From Candidatus Woesebacteria bacterium (GTDB lineage Bacteria > Patescibacteriota > Microgenomatia > UBA8517): a stretch of DNA of 64,000 bases. The notes under the pieces are model-generated. The model had not been told where the DNA came from. It was given only the letters and a program-made list of their open reading frames with translations, and did no database searches. Location of the stretch: positions 47,815 through 111,814 of the forward strand of contig DMZH01000003.1 in the NCBI GenBank assembly GCA_003484955.1, in the 5' to 3' direction. Of the stretch, positions 38,786 to 48,102 are shown piece by piece. Positions within the stretch are counted from its first letter, which is position 1, and every line of letters starts with the position of its first letter. A program made the translations under genes and the position numbers.

Positions 38786-40420
38786 TTAATTGGCAAAAGA
38801 AGCGTAATAATAGTCTGCAATTTTGCGGGCGATGGGCCCGGCGGCGGATGAGCCCTCGCCGCCTTTTTCAATCAAAACAGTGGCAACAATTTGGGGTTTA
38901 TCGGCAGGGGCAAAAAAAGTAAACCAGGCGTGTGGCGTCCCGTCTGTACCAACCTCTGCGGTTCCAGTCTTACAGGCAACATTTACCCCTCCGTGTCTTT
39001 CTGAAAAATCAAAAAAGGTATATGCCGTTCCCCCTTGAGAACAGGCTTTGCCCATTCCCTCTTTCACCAAGTCAAGGTTTTGTTTACTAACCCCTATTTT
39101 TTTACATTTAGCCGGTAATGATTCATTAAATCTTGGTTGACACAAATTTCCGTTTGCGGCAACAGCTGAAATATATGTATTTATCTCGGCAGGGGTCACA
39201 GAAACATCTCCCTGTCCGATTGACATGTGATAAGTGTTTCCTAAAAACCAGGGTTCATTTTTCGTCAGTTCTTTCCAAGATGGGGTTGGTATTAGTCCTT
39301 TCACTTCACCGGAAATGTCAATTCCGGTTTGACTGTCAAGGCCAAAAGTATTTGCCCATTTGGCAATTGCATCCGGCCCAACCATTTGTCCAATGGTATA
39401 GAAAAACGTGTCTGTTGAACGCGCTATGGCCTTTGTCAAGTCTATTGATCCTTCGGTCCGTCCATATTCACTAAAGTACCAATTCGAATAGGAATAATTG
39501 TTTATCGTTATTACACCCTGGTCATTATAGATAAAGTTTTTATCGATCGCCCCTTCCTCAAGAGCTGTAATTGATACGAGTGGTTTAAAGACCGATCCGG
39601 GATGAAAGGTACCGCTTATCACCCTATTAAAAAAGGGGAGGTTATCATCATTTAATAGGGAACTTATTTCATTATTGTTGCCTTTGTTGATGAAAATATT
39701 CGGATCAAATGATGGATAAGAATAAAAAGCCAAAATCCGACCCGTTGTGTCGGTAACAATAGCAGCACCTTTTTTGCCGTTCATTTCATTTGCAATTTCA
39801 GTTTGGAGACCATAATCAATGGTTGTCTGCAGATCCTGTCCCGGAACAGGATCTTTTTTACCAAGCATTCTAAGTTCATATCCAGACGCATCAACTTCGA
39901 TAATCTCCTCGCCGGGGGTACCGGAAAGAAGGCACTCGTACTTCTCTTCCAGTCCTGTTTTCCCAATTAGAGAATCTGAAGATATTGGACCTTTCTCCGG
40001 ACAATCAGGGTTTATTTTATCTACCTCATTTTCACCGACTCGTGCCAAATACCCTAAAGCGTGAGAAAATTTATCACCCATCGGATAATATCTTTTATAG
40101 TCTGTTATTACTTCTTCTTCCGCCGCTCCAGTTAAATCCTCAGAAAGGGTAAAACCACCGGTATCTGTAAACTCAATGCGTTTTTTGATTTCCGTATTTC
40201 CAGTCAAAATTTCTCCTCCGCGTGCCAAGATTTTTCCTCTTGGTGCAGGAATAACTACACGCCTAATCCTATTTTCTTCGGAAAGGTTTCTGAAGTAGCT
40301 ACCCTTTATTACTTGCACTTCTATAAGTTTGGCTATAAGAACCATAAACAGAAGTATCAAAACTCCCCTTAAAGACCATGATAACCATGATTGAGATTTG
40401 TCCGAAGATAAAGAATGCAT
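38786..40420 (-). CDS. mrdA: penicillin-binding protein 2
   Basis: APRGKI, PGSVFK (SxxK), STD, KTGTAE. Confidence 0.9.
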   Translation of the reverse strand: MHSLSSDKSQSWLSWSLRGVLILLFMVLIAKLIEVQVIKGSYFRNLSEENRIRRVVIPAPRGKILARGGEILTGNTEIKKRIEFTDTGGFTLSEDLTGAAEEEVITDYKRYYPMGDKFSHALGYLARVGENEVDKINPDCPEKGPISSDSLIGKTGLEEKYECLLSGTPGEEIIEVDASGYELRMLGKKDPVPGQDLQTTIDYGLQTEIANEMNGKKGAAIVTDTTGRILAFYSYPSFDPNIFINKGNNNEISSLLNDDNLPFFNRVISGTFHPGSVFKPLVSITALEEGAIDKNFIYNDQGVITINNYSYSNWYFSEYGRTEGSIDLTKAIARSTDTFFYTIGQMVGPDAIAKWANTFGLDSQTGIDISGEVKGLIPTPSWKELTKNEPWFLGNTYHMSIGQGDVSVTPAEINTYISAVAANGNLCQPRFNESLPAKCKKIGVSKQNLDLVKEGMGKACSQGGTAYTFFDFSERHGGVNVACKTGTAEVGTDGTPHAWFTFFAPADKPQIVATVLIEKGGEGSSAAGPIARKIADYYYASFAN

Positions 40421-40451
40421 AGTTTAATTATCAATTAACAGCTTACAATTT

Positions 40452-41528
40452 TCAAAGACCTTTAGTGACTCTTATTCTTTTTAGTAAACCATTGTCCTCA
40501 AGACAGAGTCCACAACCTCTAACCACACACGTCAGAGGATCGTCCGCAATATAAACCGGCATTTTTGCAGCTTCAGATATGGCTTTATCTATTCCGGGAA
40601 TAAGCGATCCGCCCCCTGCCAGGGTAATTCCCTTTTTCATGATATCACCAGTCAGCTCCGGCGGGGTTTCTTCGATAGTGTCAACAATATTGCTAATTAT
40701 TTCCTGCAAGATGGGGCTTAGAGCCTCCTGGATTTCTTCGCTTGTCAGCTTTATGGATTTCGGAAGTCCTGTTTCAAGGTCACGTCCCCTCACAACGGTA
40801 AGTTTTGTTTCCTTTTGCGCGTCTTTGTCTTCACCCATTTCTACTCCGCCGACACCTATTTTGACAGCCTCTGCGGTTGGTTGGCCCAAAAGCAGCGAGT
40901 ATTTCAGTCTTACATAATTAATTATTGCCTCATCCATTTCGTCTCCGGCAATTCTGACACTCCTTCCCAAAACTATTCCCCCAAGTGAAATTACAGCAAT
41001 CTCACTTGTCCCTCCTCCAATATCAACGATAAAATTTCCTTCCGGACCTTCAATTAAAAGACCCGCACCAATTGCGGCGGCCATAGGTTCTTCAATTAAA
41101 TTAGCCTCCCGGGCTCCTGCATCAATTGCTGCCTCAGCAACAGCCCTTCTTTCAACTTCAGTTACACCTGAGGGAATTCCGATTACAACTCTTGGTCTTG
41201 GAATTTTTGGAAAAGTACTTTCTGTTTCGTGAACTTTTTTAATATAGTGGGAAAGCATGGCGGCGGTCGCATCAAAATCTGCAATAACACCGTTTCTTAA
41301 AGGTCTTATTACCTCAATCGCCACAGGAGCTCTACCCATCATTTTTTTGGCTGAAGTTCCGATTGCCAAAATTTCTTTTGTTTTTTTATGTCTGGCCACG
41401 GCCGAAGGTTCTCTTATAACAACCCCTTTTCCTCTAACATAAACCAGCGTGTTTGCGGTTCCCAAATCAATGCCGATGTCGTGTGAGAAAATTCCCAAAA
41501 ATCTATCGATGGGATTCATGATCTTCAT
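40452..41528 (-). CDS. mreB: rod shape-determining protein MreB
   Basis: IDLGTANT, EEPMAAAIG, DIGGGT. Confidence 0.96.
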   Translation of the reverse strand: MKIMNPIDRFLGIFSHDIGIDLGTANTLVYVRGKGVVIREPSAVARHKKTKEILAIGTSAKKMMGRAPVAIEVIRPLRNGVIADFDATAAMLSHYIKKVHETESTFPKIPRPRVVIGIPSGVTEVERRAVAEAAIDAGAREANLIEEPMAAAIGAGLLIEGPEGNFIVDIGGGTSEIAVISLGGIVLGRSVRIAGDEMDEAIINYVRLKYSLLLGQPTAEAVKIGVGGVEMGEDKDAQKETKLTVVRGRDLETGLPKSIKLTSEEIQEALSPILQEIISNIVDTIEETPPELTGDIMKKGITLAGGGSLIPGIDKAISEAAKMPVYIADDPLTCVVRGCGLCLEDNGLLKRIRVTKGL

Positions 41529-41605
41529 AATAGTAGCAACAGGAGTATACCTATTTAACGAAAAGTTGCAAAGGGTCTATGAGAGATCGTGTGTTAAAAT
41601 GAATT

Positions 41606-43654
41606 GTGAAATCATTTCAAAAAATAATTTTCTTTCTTTTTGGAATTCTTCTTTTCCTGGTGCCGTTAATTTTATGGCCTTACACATCTGAACTTTTCGA
41701 GTTTAACAAAATAGTAATTACATACTTTTCGACCATCTTAATAATTGCTTTCTGGACGATGCGAATGGTCTCGGAAAGAAAACTTATCTTTCGTCGCACA
41801 ATATTAGACATCCCTCTCATTGTTTTTTTGGGGTCGCAGTTAATTTCAACACTTATATCAATTGACACCCAAACTTCTTGGCTCGGATACTATTCAAGAT
41901 TTAACGGCGGGTTTTTATCCACCCTCTCCTATTTGCTTCTTTACTGGGCATTTGTTTCAAATATTGATAAGGGTGATGCCAGAAAATTAATTAATATTAC
42001 ACTTGGCTCGGCGGTAATTGTTTCTATCTACGGCGTTCTGGAACGTCTTGGAATCGACAAGGATATTTGGCAACAGGCTGTTCAACAAAGGGTTTTCTCG
42101 ACGTTGGGACAGCCCAACTGGTTAGCCGCATGGCTTACCGCTTTATTACCAATAACCTGGGTGTTAATAATTAAGCGTGAGGAGAGTAAAATTACTTTTT
42201 TCTCGGTAGTTCCCTATCTTCTGAGTTTGCTCTTTTTTACGGTCTTACTTTTTACGGGTTCGCGTTCAGGAATTCTTGGTTTCGCTGTAGCCGAAATTGT
42301 ATTCTGGGGAATTATATTTTTAAAAAGTAGATTTAAATATCTTAAAAGGTTTTTCATTTCCAATATGCTCCTGGCAGTTGCGGCTTTAATTTTTGGAACA
42401 CAATTTACACCAAGTATTTTTAAGATTATCGAAGGATCTCAGAACAACCAACCGGCAATATATGCTCAAACAGGAGCAACAGCTTTAGAAACCGGCGGAA
42501 CAGAATCCGGAACAATCCGAAAAATTGTTTGGCAGGGTGCAATCGAAGTTTGGAAACACTATCCCATATTCGGAACCGGCGTTGAAACTTTTGCCTATTC
42601 TTACTATCTCTACCGCCCGGCAGCACACAATATGACCACAGAATGGGATTTTATTTACAATAAAGCACACAACGAATATCTCAATTTTCTCGCAAATACG
42701 GGGATCATAGGTATTATCGCTTACCTGACGATGATCGGGTTTTCAATTTATTTGATTGTCAAAAATTTTCATCCCAAATCAAGTGATCAAAATGATTTAT
42801 TTCCGTTAATATCAATCGCACTTGTTTCCGGATATGTTTCAATTCTTGTCACCAACTTTTTCGGGTTTTCCGTCGTGCCAATACAGCTTTTATTCTTCCT
42901 ATATCCCGCTTTCTCTATGGTTCTGGCTACGGAAGATATGATGAAAAAAGAACAAAAAATAAATTTAACCCCGAATCAGAAAATTTTAAACTGGGTTGTA
43001 ATCTCCGCCGCCGTATATCTTCTCTTCGCCGCCTCCAGATACTGGTATGTAGATTATCTTTACGCAAAAGGTCTTAACTACAACAAGGTAGGAAGACAGG
43101 ACCTTGCGTCACAATACTTAAACCAAGCAATAAAACTGGAGCCGAATCAAAGCATTTATTATGCAGAACTCGCGAAATCATATGCCAATCTTGCCCTTTC
43201 CTATAATCAGGCAAAAGAGTCTACGGTAGCTTCACAATTAACCGAGCTTGCGATCGACGATTCCATAAAAGCAGTCGATCTTTCTCCGGCAAATTTAAAT
43301 CTCAAAAGAATGGAGTTTGGGGTTTTTGTTATGCTTTCTGTAATTGATCCAAACTATCTCCTGAATGCCAGAGATGTTCTTGTTACCGCAGCCATGCAAG
43401 CACCAACTGACGCTAAAATCCGCTACAACTTAGGTTTAATTTATTCCAGAATCGGACAAAATGATTTGGCGCTTCAAACCCTCAAGGAGACCGTTGAGTT
43501 AAAACCAAATTATAAGGATGCCAGACTTGCTTATGCCATCCTCCTCATTGACGCAAAGGAAAACTCAGAAGCAAGGACCCAACTTGAATATATACTGACA
43601 AACATAGACCCCACGGACTCCATGTCAAAACAATATCTGGAAAGTATTAATTAA
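41606..43654 (+). CDS. O-antigen ligase/oligosaccharyltransferase-like membrane protein with TPRs
   Basis: STLGQPN, TGSRSG, PIFGTG, AHNEYL, C-terminal TPR-like helices. Confidence 0.85.
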   Translation: MKSFQKIIFFLFGILLFLVPLILWPYTSELFEFNKIVITYFSTILIIAFWTMRMVSERKLIFRRTILDIPLIVFLGSQLISTLISIDTQTSWLGYYSRFNGGFLSTLSYLLLYWAFVSNIDKGDARKLINITLGSAVIVSIYGVLERLGIDKDIWQQAVQQRVFSTLGQPNWLAAWLTALLPITWVLIIKREESKITFFSVVPYLLSLLFFTVLLFTGSRSGILGFAVAEIVFWGIIFLKSRFKYLKRFFISNMLLAVAALIFGTQFTPSIFKIIEGSQNNQPAIYAQTGATALETGGTESGTIRKIVWQGAIEVWKHYPIFGTGVETFAYSYYLYRPAAHNMTTEWDFIYNKAHNEYLNFLANTGIIGIIAYLTMIGFSIYLIVKNFHPKSSDQNDLFPLISIALVSGYVSILVTNFFGFSVVPIQLLFFLYPAFSMVLATEDMMKKEQKINLTPNQKILNWVVISAAVYLLFAASRYWYVDYLYAKGLNYNKVGRQDLASQYLNQAIKLEPNQSIYYAELAKSYANLALSYNQAKESTVASQLTELAIDDSIKAVDLSPANLNLKRMEFGVFVMLSVIDPNYLLNARDVLVTAAMQAPTDAKIRYNLGLIYSRIGQNDLALQTLKETVELKPNYKDARLAYAILLIDAKENSEARTQLEYILTNIDPTDSMSKQYLESIN

Positions 43655-43701
43655 TTAAAGCTTTTCTTACAGATTGGCCGATTTTTTGATATAATTCGGG
43701 T

Positions 43702-44235
43702 ATGATTAGAAAAATTGTCCTCTCAAATAACCCTATTTTACGAAAGAAATCTAGACCGGTTCCTAAGATCGATAAAAAGATTAAGGATCTTATAAAAGAC
43801 CTTAGAGACACGCTGAGTATACAAAAAGATCCGGAAGGTGTTGGTCTTGCCGCCCCCCAAATAGGAAAAAATTTAAGGATTTTTGTGGCTAAATATAAAG
43901 ATTTTGAAAAAGTTGTCATTAATCCGGAAATTGTCAGAGTGGAAAACAAATCCCGTTCGGCTAAATCTAGACAAAGCAAAAAGGAAATTCTCGAAGGGTG
44001 TCTTTCGCTTCCTTATTACTACGGCCCTTTAAAACGTGCTGCTAAAATAACAATTAAATATTTAGATGAAAAAGGAAAAACACTGACGGAAACTTTTGAT
44101 GGGTTCCACGCCCAAATAATTATGCATGAAATTGACCACCTTGAGGGAATTCTTTTTATAGACCATCTTTTAAGCGAGGGGAAACCTCTCTACAAAGTGG
44201 AGGGTGATGAATGGGAGGAGGTTGAGCTTTCGTAG
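43702..44235 (+). CDS. def: peptide deformylase
   Basis: GVGLAAPQIG, EGCLS, HEIDHLEG. Confidence 0.97.
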   Translation: MIRKIVLSNNPILRKKSRPVPKIDKKIKDLIKDLRDTLSIQKDPEGVGLAAPQIGKNLRIFVAKYKDFEKVVINPEIVRVENKSRSAKSRQSKKEILEGCLSLPYYYGPLKRAAKITIKYLDEKGKTLTETFDGFHAQIIMHEIDHLEGILFIDHLLSEGKPLYKVEGDEWEEVELS

Positions 44236-44280
44236 GAAAGCGAAATCCTGAGGCAGCAGCTGAAGGATTATTTAAATAAT

Positions 44281-45162
44281 ATGAAAATAGTTTTCTTTGG
44301 TACACCGGTTTACGTTTTACCTATCTTGACTGCGATTCACAAAAAATTTGTGACCGGGCCGGGAAAATCTCCCATAACTGCCGTTGTAACTCAGCCACCA
44401 AAGCCCATCGGCAGAAAGCAAATTCTTGCATATTCTCCTATCGATAAATGGGCGCATGAGCATAAAATTCCAATTTATTATTCTGCGAATGATCTGATTG
44501 ATAGTCCCCCTGACGCTAACTTAGGAATACTGGCATCATATGGCGAAATTATCAAAAAAGATGTCATCGATCTTTTTCCCCAAGGAATTTTAGTAATTCA
44601 CCCCTCTCTTTTGCCAAAATACAGAGGTGCCTCTCCCGTTCCTGCCGCCATTACCAATGGTGATCAAATTACAGGTGTTTCAATTATTAAAATGGATGAA
44701 AAAATGGATCATGGACCAATTATTTCTCAATCAAAAGAAGAAATACTCATAGACGATACCGCGGAAACTTTAAGAAATCGCCTATTTGAAAAATCAGCTG
44801 ATGTTTTAGTTGAGCTACTGGAGCCTTACATCAGGGCGAAAATTAATTTAAAACCACAAAACGATGAAGATGCAACATTTACAAAAATTATGAAAAGGGA
44901 AGACGGCTTTTTCAACATAGACGAAAAAACTCCGGCTGAGGTTGAAAAACTTGTAAGGGCCATGTATCCCTGGCCGGGAGCTTGGACATTTATCCGTTTA
45001 TCAGCCACGGATGAAAAGAGTAAGAGATTAAAAATATTAAAAGTACATCTTGAAGATGAAAAACTAATTCTGGACGAAGTTCAACTGGAAGGCAAAGAGC
45101 CTGTAACCTGGAAACAATTTAAAGAAGGTTACAAGGAAGCAACTTTTGAGGAAGCTGCCTGA
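44281..45162 (+). CDS. fmt: methionyl-tRNA formyltransferase
   Basis: FFGTP, HPSLLPKYRGASP, follows def. Confidence 0.94.
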   Translation: MKIVFFGTPVYVLPILTAIHKKFVTGPGKSPITAVVTQPPKPIGRKQILAYSPIDKWAHEHKIPIYYSANDLIDSPPDANLGILASYGEIIKKDVIDLFPQGILVIHPSLLPKYRGASPVPAAITNGDQITGVSIIKMDEKMDHGPIISQSKEEILIDDTAETLRNRLFEKSADVLVELLEPYIRAKINLKPQNDEDATFTKIMKREDGFFNIDEKTPAEVEKLVRAMYPWPGAWTFIRLSATDEKSKRLKILKVHLEDEKLILDEVQLEGKEPVTWKQFKEGYKEATFEEAA

Positions 45163-45392
45163 GGTTTTTTAATTTTTCCGATCTTTCTGAACCTGGAAAT
45201 ACAGCTTGCACAAAGCTTCATCTGAGTTTTTTTGCCGGCAACCACCACTGAAATCTTTTGAAGATTGGGCTTAAATAATCGAGGTGTTTTCTGTGCCCTT
45301 TTCTTCCATCTTTTTCCAGCAACACCTCTGCCGTGTGTGCTCTGACGGCCATGAACTGTTCCTTTTCCACAATTGTCGCAAATATATGCCAT
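45129..45392 (-). CDS. rpmB: 50S ribosomal protein L28
   Basis: CDNCGK, RLFKPNLQ, LCASC. Confidence 0.9.
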   Translation of the reverse strand: MAYICDNCGKGTVHGRQSTHGRGVAGKRWKKRAQKTPRLFKPNLQKISVVVAGKKTQMKLCASCISRFRKIGKIKKPQAASSKVASL

Positions 45393-45443
45393 ATTTTTAT
45401 TTTTAGCTTCCGTAGATTATACTATTAACTACTTTAAACCGCA

Positions 45444-46094
45444 ATGGATATCCTGATACTAATAATCGGAATTGCAGGCTTTGCCCTGGCAATCATTTTA
45501 CATGAAGTTGCCCATGGACTTGTGGCTGAAAGACTGGGAGACCCAACCGCAAGACTCATGGGACGCCTTACTCTTAACCCAATTTCCCATATCGATATTG
45601 TTGGCAGTATTATCCTTCCCCTGACTCTTTTGATACTCCGCTCACCTTTTCTTTTCGGTTGGGCAAAACCGGTACCCGTCGATCCGTACAATCTTCAGCA
45701 TCCAAAAAAAGATCTGGCACTTATCTCTCTTGCAGGACCTCTTGCGAACATTTCTTTCGCACTTGTTTTATCCATATTCTTGAGAATCATTTTAACGGTC
45801 TTTCCCAACACAAACATTTTTGCAATGTTTTTCTACGTTATCGAATTCAATATTGCCCTTGCAGTCTTCAACCTAATCCCGGTTGGCCCCCTTGATGGTG
45901 CAAAAATCCTCACCGGCCTTCTTCCTAATAAACAGGCCAAAGCTTTTGGTGATTTTTTGGACAAGTTTGGAATGATTCTGATTTTGGCTTTAATCTTTCC
46001 TATTTTCGGTGGAAGTTCCTTGGTTACACTTGTTATTAGTCCTGTAATTAACGTTTTTCTCAAACTTCTTATTCCCGGGTTCTCATCCATCTGA
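45444..46094 (+). CDS. site-2 protease (M50) family protein
   Basis: HEVAHG, GDPTA, AGPLAN, FNLIPVGPLDG. Confidence 0.92.
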   Translation: MDILILIIGIAGFALAIILHEVAHGLVAERLGDPTARLMGRLTLNPISHIDIVGSIILPLTLLILRSPFLFGWAKPVPVDPYNLQHPKKDLALISLAGPLANISFALVLSIFLRIILTVFPNTNIFAMFFYVIEFNIALAVFNLIPVGPLDGAKILTGLLPNKQAKAFGDFLDKFGMILILALIFPIFGGSSLVTLVISPVINVFLKLLIPGFSSI

Positions 46095-46121
46095 CTTGTG
46101 CACCTCTGATATAATTAATGT

Positions 46122-46272
46122 GGACCCTGTCGAAAAGTGTTCGGTTTAAATTTCCTGATCAAATAAAAGTGCTTTGGGAAAGCGGAGTCCAACCAAAGCT
46201 TTCATGCCGAGGAAGGCAGCTTACCCACCTGGTTTATCCAGGAATGCAGCCGGACTTTTTGAGGCAGGGTCT
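46122..46272 (+). ncRNA. ssrS: probable 6S RNA
   Basis: ~150-nt rod-like fold: gaccctgtc/ggcagggtc, gttcggtt/agccggac, tcctg/cagga, central bubble, apical gaaagc/gctttc; TGATATAAT upstream, T-run downstream. Confidence 0.65.
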
Positions 46273-46316
46273 TTTTTCCTCGTAAATAGCTTCATTTATT
46301 GATATAATTCATTAGC

Positions 46317-46388
46317 GCCGGCGTAACTCAGTGGTAGAGTAGCTGTTTTGTAAACAGCAAGTCAGAGGTTCGAATCCTCTCGTCGGCT
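46317..46388 (+). tRNA. tRNA-Thr(TGT)
   Basis: Cloverleaf gccggcg/cgtcggc, anticodon loop tttgtaa, GTTCGAA T-loop. Confidence 0.95.
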
Positions 46389-46392
46389 CAGC

Positions 46393-46477
46393 GCTGAGGT
46401 GGCGGAGCGGTCAAACGCACGAGACTGTAAATCTCGCGTCCGAAAGGGCTACTCAGGTTCGAATCCTGACCTCAGCA
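46393..46477 (+). tRNA. tRNA-Tyr(GTA)
   Basis: gctgagg/cctcagc, loop ctgtaaa, long variable arm. Confidence 0.95.
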
Positions 46478-46489
46478 CTTGTTTTATTT

Positions 46490-46539
46490 GCCTGGGTAGC
46501 TCAGTGGTAAGAAAATCTTGCCACTTTCTCTACCCAGGT
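46490..46539 (+). repeat. hairpin whose 5' arm duplicates the first 20 nt of tRNA-Thr(GGT)
   Basis: gcctgggtagctcagtggta identical at 46490 and 46550; the 3' arm tcttgccact...ctacccagg is complementary. Confidence 0.85.
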
Positions 46540-46549
46540 TCGGTGACTC

Positions 46550-46621
46550 GCCTGGGTAGCTCAGTGGTAGAGCACGTACTTGGTAAGTACGGGGTCGTGA
46601 GTTCAATCCTCACCTCAGGCT
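46550..46621 (+). tRNA. tRNA-Thr(GGT)
   Basis: gcctggg/ctcaggc, cgtac/gtacg stem with ttggtaa loop. Confidence 0.95.
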
Positions 46622-46627
46622 CAAATT

Positions 46628-46650
46628 ACTATTCACTATTCACTATTCAC
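46628..46650. repeat. heptamer tandem repeat, ACTATTC x3
   Basis: actattc actattc actattc ac. Confidence 0.75.
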
Positions 46651-46673
46651 ATATAATTTGCTAGAATATCCCC

Positions 46674-46865
46674 ATGGCTAAAAAAGGTGCTAGAGAAATT
46701 GTGGCTTTGATTTGTTCTGTTTGCAAAAACCAAAATTATATTACAGAAAGAAACAAAGTTAATATGGAGTTAAAAGGAAAAAAAGACTCAAAACTTGAAC
46801 TGAAGAAGTACTGTCACAATTGCAGAAAAGTTCAGATCCACAAGGAATCTTCAAAGCTAAAGTAA
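46674..46865 (+). CDS. rpmG: 50S ribosomal protein L33
   Basis: CSVC, NYITERNK, LELKKYC. Confidence 0.95.
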   Translation: MAKKGAREIVALICSVCKNQNYITERNKVNMELKGKKDSKLELKKYCHNCRKVQIHKESSKLK

Positions 46866-46875
46866 TTTACAACCG

Positions 46876-47343
46876 TCAGATCTTGGTGGGAACAATGCGT
46901 TCAACTGTTTCGCGGATAAAGTCCATGCCCTTTTTGACTTCGCTGCTTATTTCATTTCCAAAGTAATTGTCAAGACTTGAGCTTAGAAAAGCGTATAATC
47001 TTTCGTCAGACAATCTATTTTCTTTAATCGAAAGTGAATCACATACCGTTTTTTTCAGATTTTCAAACATCACGGTAGAGCCGCTCTGATATAAAGAAAC
47101 CAATCTGTCCAGCACTATCACATTCATGTGATCTCTCACGTCTTGGCTTTGTTGTAATATTCCTTGCAGAGAGTCTGCCTTATTATCAACTAAATTTGAG
47201 GCAAATTCAGTTGCGATTCCAAAAACAGAATTTTTTTCCACATCGTTCATAGCCTCTCCCGATAATAGCTTTTTTCCTACCAACTCATAATTAACTTGTG
47301 ACCGTGATTGTAATTCTACATTTGCCATTCGTTTGGGACACAT
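46876..47343 (-). CDS. hypothetical protein
   Basis: 155-aa helical ORF with TGGTATAC -10-like box upstream. Confidence 0.6.
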   Translation of the reverse strand: MCPKRMANVELQSRSQVNYELVGKKLLSGEAMNDVEKNSVFGIATEFASNLVDNKADSLQGILQQSQDVRDHMNVIVLDRLVSLYQSGSTVMFENLKKTVCDSLSIKENRLSDERLYAFLSSSLDNYFGNEISSEVKKGMDFIRETVERIVPTKI

Positions 47344-47483
47344 TGTATACCATTAAAGCTACTTAATCCAAAAATCCTCATATACCTTATAGTTAATTGA
47401 CTTTTGAAGCTATTTGGGATATCATCTCCCCATTCACCAATTGCGGTGAAAATTCGCACCTACACATTGAGGAGGAAAAGGAA

Positions 47484-47828
47484 ATGTCACGGAAAAGTTT
47501 GTCAGAAAAAGTCATTTTGGAAAATCGGGCTGGCGGAAAGGAAAGTAAAGTCGAAATATATATTGAAGCAGCCAAGGGACATCGGTCAATCAACCTTTGG
47601 GACTGGTCGGTTAAGATCACAGTCACCAGAAATGGGCATCCCTTTTCCAGCCAAGGCAACAATAAGCCAAATGAAAGTTTGGTCCACTTGATTAATCGGT
47701 TATTTGATGACATTCGCAGTGATATTTGTAATGCATACAAAAATTCGAATGTTGATTATGACCCGGTCTGTAGGTTTATTTCAGAAGCCCAGAAGAAATT
47801 TATGGCAGAACTATCTGCTGAAAAATAA
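47484..47828 (+). CDS. hypothetical protein
   Basis: GAGGAGG SD before the ATG at 47484; hairpin terminator follows. Confidence 0.6.
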   Translation: MSRKSLSEKVILENRAGGKESKVEIYIEAAKGHRSINLWDWSVKITVTRNGHPFSSQGNNKPNESLVHLINRLFDDIRSDICNAYKNSNVDYDPVCRFISEAQKKFMAELSAEK

Positions 47829-47847
47829 ATTCTAGGCACCATTTATT

Positions 47848-47895
47848 GGGCGTTTTTATACAAGAAATTTTTGTGTAGAAACGCCCTTTATTTTT
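47848..47895 (+). terminator. rho-independent terminator
   Basis: gggcgtttttatacaa/ttgtgtagaaacgccc stem followed by a T-rich tract. Confidence 0.75.
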
Positions 47896-47947
47896 CCTTC
47901 CTTTGCCCTCACAGGCTACATAAGGTAAAATTAGTAGTTGTTAACAA

Positions 47948-48018
47948 AGGGGCGTAGTTAAACGGCAGAACAGCGGTCTCCAAAACCGTTAATGGGGGTT
48001 CAATTCCCTCCGCCCCTG
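47948..48018 (+). tRNA. tRNA-Trp(CCA)
   Basis: aggggcg/cgcccct, loop ctccaaa, GTTCAAT T-loop. Confidence 0.93.
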
Positions 48019-48102
48019 CTTAGTGAATTTAGCTTCAAAATATTAGATGCCTGGACGGAAGTTTGAACCTATACATAAAATTGATAATCGGGCTTGGATT
48101 TG

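Noticed and set aside
45129-45162. Tail-to-tail overlap of fmt and rpmB (also rpsU/rnhB at 55238-55269)
   Set aside because: Short convergent overlaps are frequent in this compact genome, with no sign of a specific function
46122-46272. SRP RNA or RNase P RNA interpretation of the ncRNA
   Set aside because: It lacks the SRP CAGG-GNRA-AGCAG helix and the RNase P GAGGAAAGUCC/P4 signature; the rod-plus-bubble fold fits 6S better
46399-46656. 85-aa ORF in the ORF track
   Set aside because: It runs through tRNA-Tyr and tRNA-Thr, so it is a shadow of the RNA genes
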